NCBI RefSeq assembly: GCF_009914755.1
Contig: NC_060932.1
Source of the DNA: the human T2T-CHM13v2.0 reference genome, Homo sapiens
Strand: one strand, 5' to 3'
DNA: 64,000 nucleotides
Part shown: positions 58,001-64,000 of the stretch, one piece after another
How positions within the stretch are numbered: position 1 is the first letter of the stretch
Layout: every line of letters starts with the position of its first letter
The notes under the pieces: generated by a model
Databases searched by the model: none
What the model was told of the DNA's origin: nothing
What the model saw: the letters and a program-made list of their open reading frames with translations, nothing else
Made by a program: the position numbers and the translations under genes

Positions 58001-59303
58001 AGATGGATCAAAGACTTAAATGTAAGACCTGAAACTATAAAAGAGGAAAACAATATAAACACTCCAAGACAATGGTCTAGGCAAAGATTTTATGGTTAAG
58101 ACCTCAAAAGTACAGGGAGCAGAAACAGAAATAGGCAAATGGGATTATATTAAGCTAGAAAACTGCACAGCAAAAATGACAATCAACAAGGTGAAGAGAC
58201 AACCTCTTTAATGCAAGGAAATGATTGCAAACTATTCGTCTGACAAGGAACTAATATCCAGAATATACAAGTAACTCAGACATCTCAATAGTAATAATAA
58301 TAATAATCCCATTAAAAAGTGGGGAAAGAACATAAATATACATTCCTCAAAAGAAGACATATAAGAGGCCAACAGGTATATAAAAAATGTTCAGTATAAC
58401 TAATCATCAGAGAAATCCAAATCAAAACCACAATGAAATATCATCTGACTCCAGTTAAAAGAGCTATTATTAAAAAGGCAAAATATCAGATGGCTGGTGA
58501 GGATACAGAGAAAAGGGGGCTCTCATACACTATTGGTGGGCATGTAAATTAGTTCTGCCACTATGGAAAACATATGAATAATTCTCAAAAAATAAAAATA
58601 GAATTACCATATAGTCTAGCAATCCTACTACTGGGTATTTATCCAAAGGAAAAGGAATTAGTATATCAAAGAAATGCCTACATATCTCTCTTCATTGCAG
58701 GACTATTCACAATAGCCAAGAGATGGAATCAACCCATGTTCATCAATAGATAAATGGATAAAGAAAATGTGGTATATATACACATAGTGGAATACTATTC
58801 AACCATAAAAGGAATGACATTATGTCATTTGCAGCGACATGGATGGAGCTGGTGGTCATTGTGTTAAGTGAAATAAGGCACAGAAAGACAAATACTATAT
58901 GGTCTCACTCATGTGTGGGAGCTTAATTAGTTGTTCTCATGGAGGTAGAAAGTAGACTGATACATACCAGAGGCTAAGAAAGGTATATGGATTAGTGAGG
59001 AGAGTGTTTGTAAAGAGTGGGTGGTAATGGATTAATGAGTACAAACATACGTTAGATAGAAAATAAATTCTAATGTTTGATAGCAGAGTGAGTATAGTCA
59101 ACAACAATGAATTGTGTATTTCAAAATAGCTATGAGAGAGCACTTGAAATGTTCCACAAATATAGAAATTATATAAATAGTCAAGGTGATGGACAACCCA
59201 AATACCCTGACTTCATTGTTACACAGTCTATAAATAATGTCACATGAACCCGATAAGTATGTACAAATATTCTGCATCAGTAAAAAAGCAAAAAAATACA
59301 AAG
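52023..59303 (+). mobile_element. Full-length L1MA (MA3/MA4-like): 5'UTR, ORF1, ORF2, 3'UTR; ORFs disrupted
   Basis: 5' start gaggaacttcaagtggctga; ORF1-like 53610..53825; EN 55175..55405; RT 56786..57091 ([16 protein letters not shown]); 57560..57751; L1MA 3'UTR and A tail; degraded TSD agacggctttacct / agatggcttcccct. Confidence 0.92.
56050..56352 (+). mobile_element. AluSc8/Y-like inside L1 ORF2
   Basis: ggccgggtgcggtggctc...accatcctggctaacatgg...(CAAAA)n tail; TSD aaaaggc. Confidence 0.93.
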
Positions 59304-59496
59304 AGATGGCTTCCCCTTGCAAATGAGATAAGGCAAGAAATAAAAAGATATTCATAGTAAAAAAGATGAAATATAACTATCTGTATCTTCAAGCATAATT
59401 TGGAATATAGAAATTCCTTCAAATCCATTAAAAAGCTACTAACACTAATACAGAGTGTTTAGTAAGGTTGCAGGACACAAGGGTAATATTTAGAAG

Positions 59497-59596
59497 ATAC
59501 TATGTTCCCCTCAACACAGTTAATTAAATATTTTTATAATTAATATATACTATTTTCCCCTCAACACAGTTAATGAAGTATTTTTAAAATTAATAC
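59497..59596. repeat. 50-bp tandem duplication (2 copies, 5 mismatches)
   Basis: atacta(t)(g/t)ttcccctcaacacagttaat... at 59497 and 59547. Confidence 0.92.
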
Positions 59597-59995
59597 TATA
59601 TAAAAAAGAACTTTTGTTGTTCTTCAAAACATTTTATGCCTCTCCTAAGCCTCTTCTATAACTGTCACCATAGCTTAATGTATCTCAGATTTAATCTTTT
59701 GGCAAGACCATGGTTCTATCTTCAAAACTTTCTGTCATTTTTCCTCCATTTCCACTGTTACCATTCTACTCAAAGCCATCATTAACTCTTTTCTTATATT
59801 ACTTATGATTCCTTCTAATTTATCTCTCTCCTATTTCCCTTCTTACTCCCAAAAATATCCTTTTCCACTTAGTAGCCAAAATGGTTATTTTTAAGTCTTA
59901 AACAAGATCATATTACTCCTCTGCTTAAAATTTTTCAAAAGCTTCAAAATGCTCTAAAAATAAAATCTAAGCTTATCTCGGCCTGTGTCACAGAG

Positions 59996-60905
59996 CAGCA
60001 CTTATCAAAATGTGCTCTGCAGACCCATGGGGATCTTCGAGACACTTTCAGGGGATCTGCAATGTCAAAACTGTTTTATTAATAATACGAAGATGTTATT
60101 TGCCTTTTTTACTTGTTCTTATTTTCACTGACAGAGCAAAAGTAATGGTGTGTAAAACTCAGCGCCTGACAGTTTCCTAATTTGTAATGACTTTTCTGAT
60201 AAGACAGAGGAGATACCATTAACATTGTTTTTAAAATATCATATAAAGAAATGTGTCAACACATGAGGGATCTGCAAAACTCAGTCAACCATTATTTTCC
60301 AAATAACCAGTGCATAATAGTATAGCCTAATTCATGGGTAAAGACACATTTAAAGTTTAAGATAAACCACTGGATTTTAATGAGACAGAATAAGAAAAGT
60401 TTATTAGGACAGTTTCAGATTCCACACTGCAACTAACCTTTAAGAAACTACAACTTGGTTTTGGTGTCATGCCAAAAACGAATATCCACAGTTATCTAAA
60501 AGACTATTAAATATTACTCTCTTATCCAACTATTTATTTGTGATTTCTTTCACATATGGCAACCACACAATATATGACAATAGATCGAATATAGAAATAG
60601 ATGTGAAAATTCTATTTAAAAAGATATTAAAAAGATTTGAAAATATATAAACAATGCCATTCTTCTCTGAAATGTTGTTTTGGCTTGGAAAACATACATT
60701 TTTAAAACAAAAATGTTATTTATGTTAATATATTATGAGCTTATTATTGTTGCTCCCCAAATAAATTAAGAGATATTTTTTAAATTCAGTTTTAATATAT
60801 GATATAATAAGTATTTATAGATATGACTGACATACACAAAATAGTTGGAGCATTTATTTTTTAAAAGTATAAATGAGTTCTGAATTCAAGTAGTCTGACT
60901 ACTCT
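59996..60905 (+). mobile_element. Charlie1-family hAT deletion derivative inserted in an L2 (L2 pieces ~59690-59990 and ~61480-62000)
   Basis: cagcacttatcaaaatgtg...gagacactttcagggg...gtttcagattccacactgcaactaacctttaagaaacta. Confidence 0.8.
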
Positions 60906-62197
60906 CATAGTGAAATTCATCAGCTTGACTGAGCACTGTGTATCATCTTTCATGATCTTGCTTCTATAGGCAAAATATATGAGGAATATATATTTAGTTC
61001 ATAAAATGCTTGAGTTTTCTTAGTGTACTGTTTCTGATTTTAATCCCTAAATTTAGGAAAGAAAAAATATTTAAATATAAGAAGTGTTTTTTTTAATAAA
61101 AGCCATGACACTTGCTGCTATGTAGAGATATAACATATTTTTCTATAAATTTTATTAAAAAGTGATTAAAGTAATTTGCCTTATCCTAGAGGGATAAGAT
61201 AATAAGGATTCAAACACACACACACACTCACATGTTCATTCAAATCAATTCAGCCTATCTCTTGTACTATTTTTTTTTATAATTTAGTTGAATCTGATTG
61301 TAATAAAAATGAGAGAAACACCTACAATTTTACATAGTTGGAAGATAGATCATTATAGTTTTCATTCCTAGTCATAAGGGATCTGATTCCATTCCAATAC
61401 ACTGATTAAAATTGAAGGGTCCATCCCAGCACGATTGTAGATTCCATTAAACTCTTCCCCTATATCCAACTACTCACAAGACTGCATGATCTGCCTCCTA
61501 AATGTCTTTCCAACCTTTTCTCTCTCTGCCCTATCCATTATTTATTAGAATTCAGCTTTCTTTCTATCTCTTTCTTATAGAACCAAACTCTTCCTGTAAA
61601 TTACACTGGTTCAACTGTTTCCTACTTCAGAAATGTTTACCTTCCTATTTATTCTGCATAGAATAGCTTCACTCAGCACTAAAGATTGCTTTCTCCTTCT
61701 CATTCTTTATTTCTAAATTAAAATATTATTTCCGTAAAGTCATCATCCTTGACAAGTGTGCCTATAAACATGTCAACCTTCCCACCTGAACCCCTCAGTC
61801 TCCATCTTGTTACTCGACTTTTTTATTTTATACTACTTCATACCACTTTGAAAACTCCTGGTTTGTTTGTTCACTTGGCTATTGTCTTGTTCCTATCCTC
61901 CAATGTATATTCTCATGAAGGAGAAACTCTGTGGGTCCTTACTGCTACACATGTCTCATTAAATAGTCATGGAATAGATTAATCAGTAAATTAATGAGTC
62001 AGGATTGAATTTGCAAATAGTATATTTAAGTTATAAGAGCAAATCTTCTATTAATTAAGTTTACCTTGTTGAAGTCACTTAAGCCTCCAGACTTTCCACT
62101 ACAAACATGAGTAAAATTGCCATGATCATTAAATTAGATCACTGGACATTGTAAAGCAGTTATTGAGGCAAACTGTTATTGAAATTAGGTGAAATAT

Positions 62198-62200
<3 letters not shown>

Positions 62201-62233
<33 letters not shown>
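62201..62233. repeat. (TG)n microsatellite, about 16 units
   Basis: Seen directly. Confidence 0.95.
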
Positions 62234-62236
<3 letters not shown>

Positions 62237-64000
62237 AAATAGTATGTGTTTCTATTCTATTATCTGGAATTAATAGTATTGTATTATCGGGAATTCATAA
62301 AATGTGAGGAATTTGTAGAAGACTAATAATAAAAATTCATCATAAATTCAGAAGTCATGACTTTTCCACAAGAGCAAAAATAGCAAATCGCTATAAAATA
62401 ATTCATTAATATTAAACAATTTATTTTAAAAAGTAACTTTCCAGTGGCCATTGGTATTCTTTTCATTATTTTGCCTTATAAAAGGAACCATTTTCATTCT
62501 AATCTTCTTTTTGACACTAAAATAAACATTTTTTTACCTTCTCCAGAGCTCACAATCAATGGGACAATAATTACTGTATATTCATAGAAAAGTAGTCGAG
62601 CAATATTAAAATGTCAACTATCCACTATAATAGTGAAAGAGAAAATGAAAATTTCTGATTAGGGTAGCAACTGAAAGAAAAAGACCTCAAAAAAGCATTT
62701 GTTATTTACTTGGCTTTCTGTAATGCAAAAAAAAACCATGCAAAATAAATAATGTTGGCTTAATTTAACTGTTACCAGAAGAGTCCTAGGACTGTATTTC
62801 TTCCATAGTCAGGAAAACAATGTAAAATTCTTATTTCAGTGCTCAAATGAGAAAGGAGAAAGGCTCATAGGATTTCAAAAATTCAAAAGAAGTTTAACAG
62901 TCATTATTTGTGATGGATTCCTACCTGGGATTTAATGGTCTCCAAGATATCTCAACTCATCTTTGAAATACCTTAGTATAACAAATGACCAAAGAAAGGA
63001 GACTAACCCATGGTAAGCCAAGTAAAATATTGATTCTTTCCATTTAGCTAGACTGTAGTAACTAATAGTTACATTTCAGATCAAAAGGTCTAATTTAATA
63101 TTATGCAGTACTTTGTTATGTTTAAAAGAAAAGTAAGTCAATAATGTATTTTTTAAAATTCCTCTTGGAGGTACCATTTCTGAGAATACTGATAGGCCAG
63201 GTCAATATATGAAGTGGATTGAGCAAGCTCCTATTCCATCTCTGAGTTCCAAAAATTCATTTAATATTGCATCCTCAAATAGAGGACATACCAAGTATTA
63301 AACTGGAAAGAACAGATGTACGCTTGATCTCAGCCAAAGGGCTGAGAAACAATCATAAATCATCTCCTAATAAACGTATTATCTTTTCATATATAGTAAA
63401 TAAAGGATTTTTCAAAATATTGAGTTCATATTTTAGGCATCATAATAAATACTTCTAGGAAATCAATTGAAAACAAATGATTTAATCCAATTCTCTCTTT
63501 CTGCAAATAAAGTATGAAAAGCCTAACGTGCAAATAGCTAACCCAATGTTATTCATTTTCTTATGACCAAGTATGTAACTACAAATAGTGTAATGCTAAT
63601 CTGGTGCATATTCGTGTTCATTAAAGAGAAGCATTTCCCATATTGCTATACTTGACTTGAGAAAGATATAGTTCAAATCCTACTTCTTCCAAACCACAAA
63701 TAGTCATCCACCTTTAAGTGGATGACTTTTTTGCATTATATGGAAGAAGACTATATTCTTCAGAATAAAAACAAAGTATGTAAGTTGACAAAAATAAGGA
63801 CAAATCAATGATATTCATGAGGTTAATATTTGATATTCAGATGTATGTTTCAAAATGTTCAAATATTCTCTATAGAAAGAGCTACAGTATTTAATTATTA
63901 AGTCCAAATTTTATTCATACTTTTATTTTAAAATCATCATTGTCTTTACATCAGTGAATCACTCTGAAATATTTTAATTTGGCACTTCAAATTACTGTAA

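Overview
AT-rich, CpG-poor primate genomic DNA, almost certainly human because it carries two AluYb8 elements (a human-specific subfamily). I see no protein-coding gene, CpG island, RNA gene or CRISPR array. The listed ORFs are Alu-, L1- or microsatellite-derived, or chance. The window is deep intronic or intergenic sequence dense in transposon fossils: 9 Alus plus a free monomer, a full-length L1MA nested in an older L1, L2/MIR pieces, several MaLR/ERVL LTRs (one LTR-int-LTR), and the DNA transposons HSMAR2, Tigger2a, MER5, MER119 and Charlie1. It also has two long repeat-poor blocks with enhancer-like motifs. The strongest observations are mechanistic: (1) an Alu whose first ~85 nt are inverted exactly as twin priming predicts; (2) a ~210-bp inverted, locally templated insertion inside a (TA)n tract, with smaller fold-back scars elsewhere; (3) two near-identical AluYb8 copies 4 kb apart; (4) a candidate 11-nt minus-strand microexon. 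I cannot claim a new biological system. Repeat family names are from memory of consensus sequences, and old-repeat boundaries are approximate.
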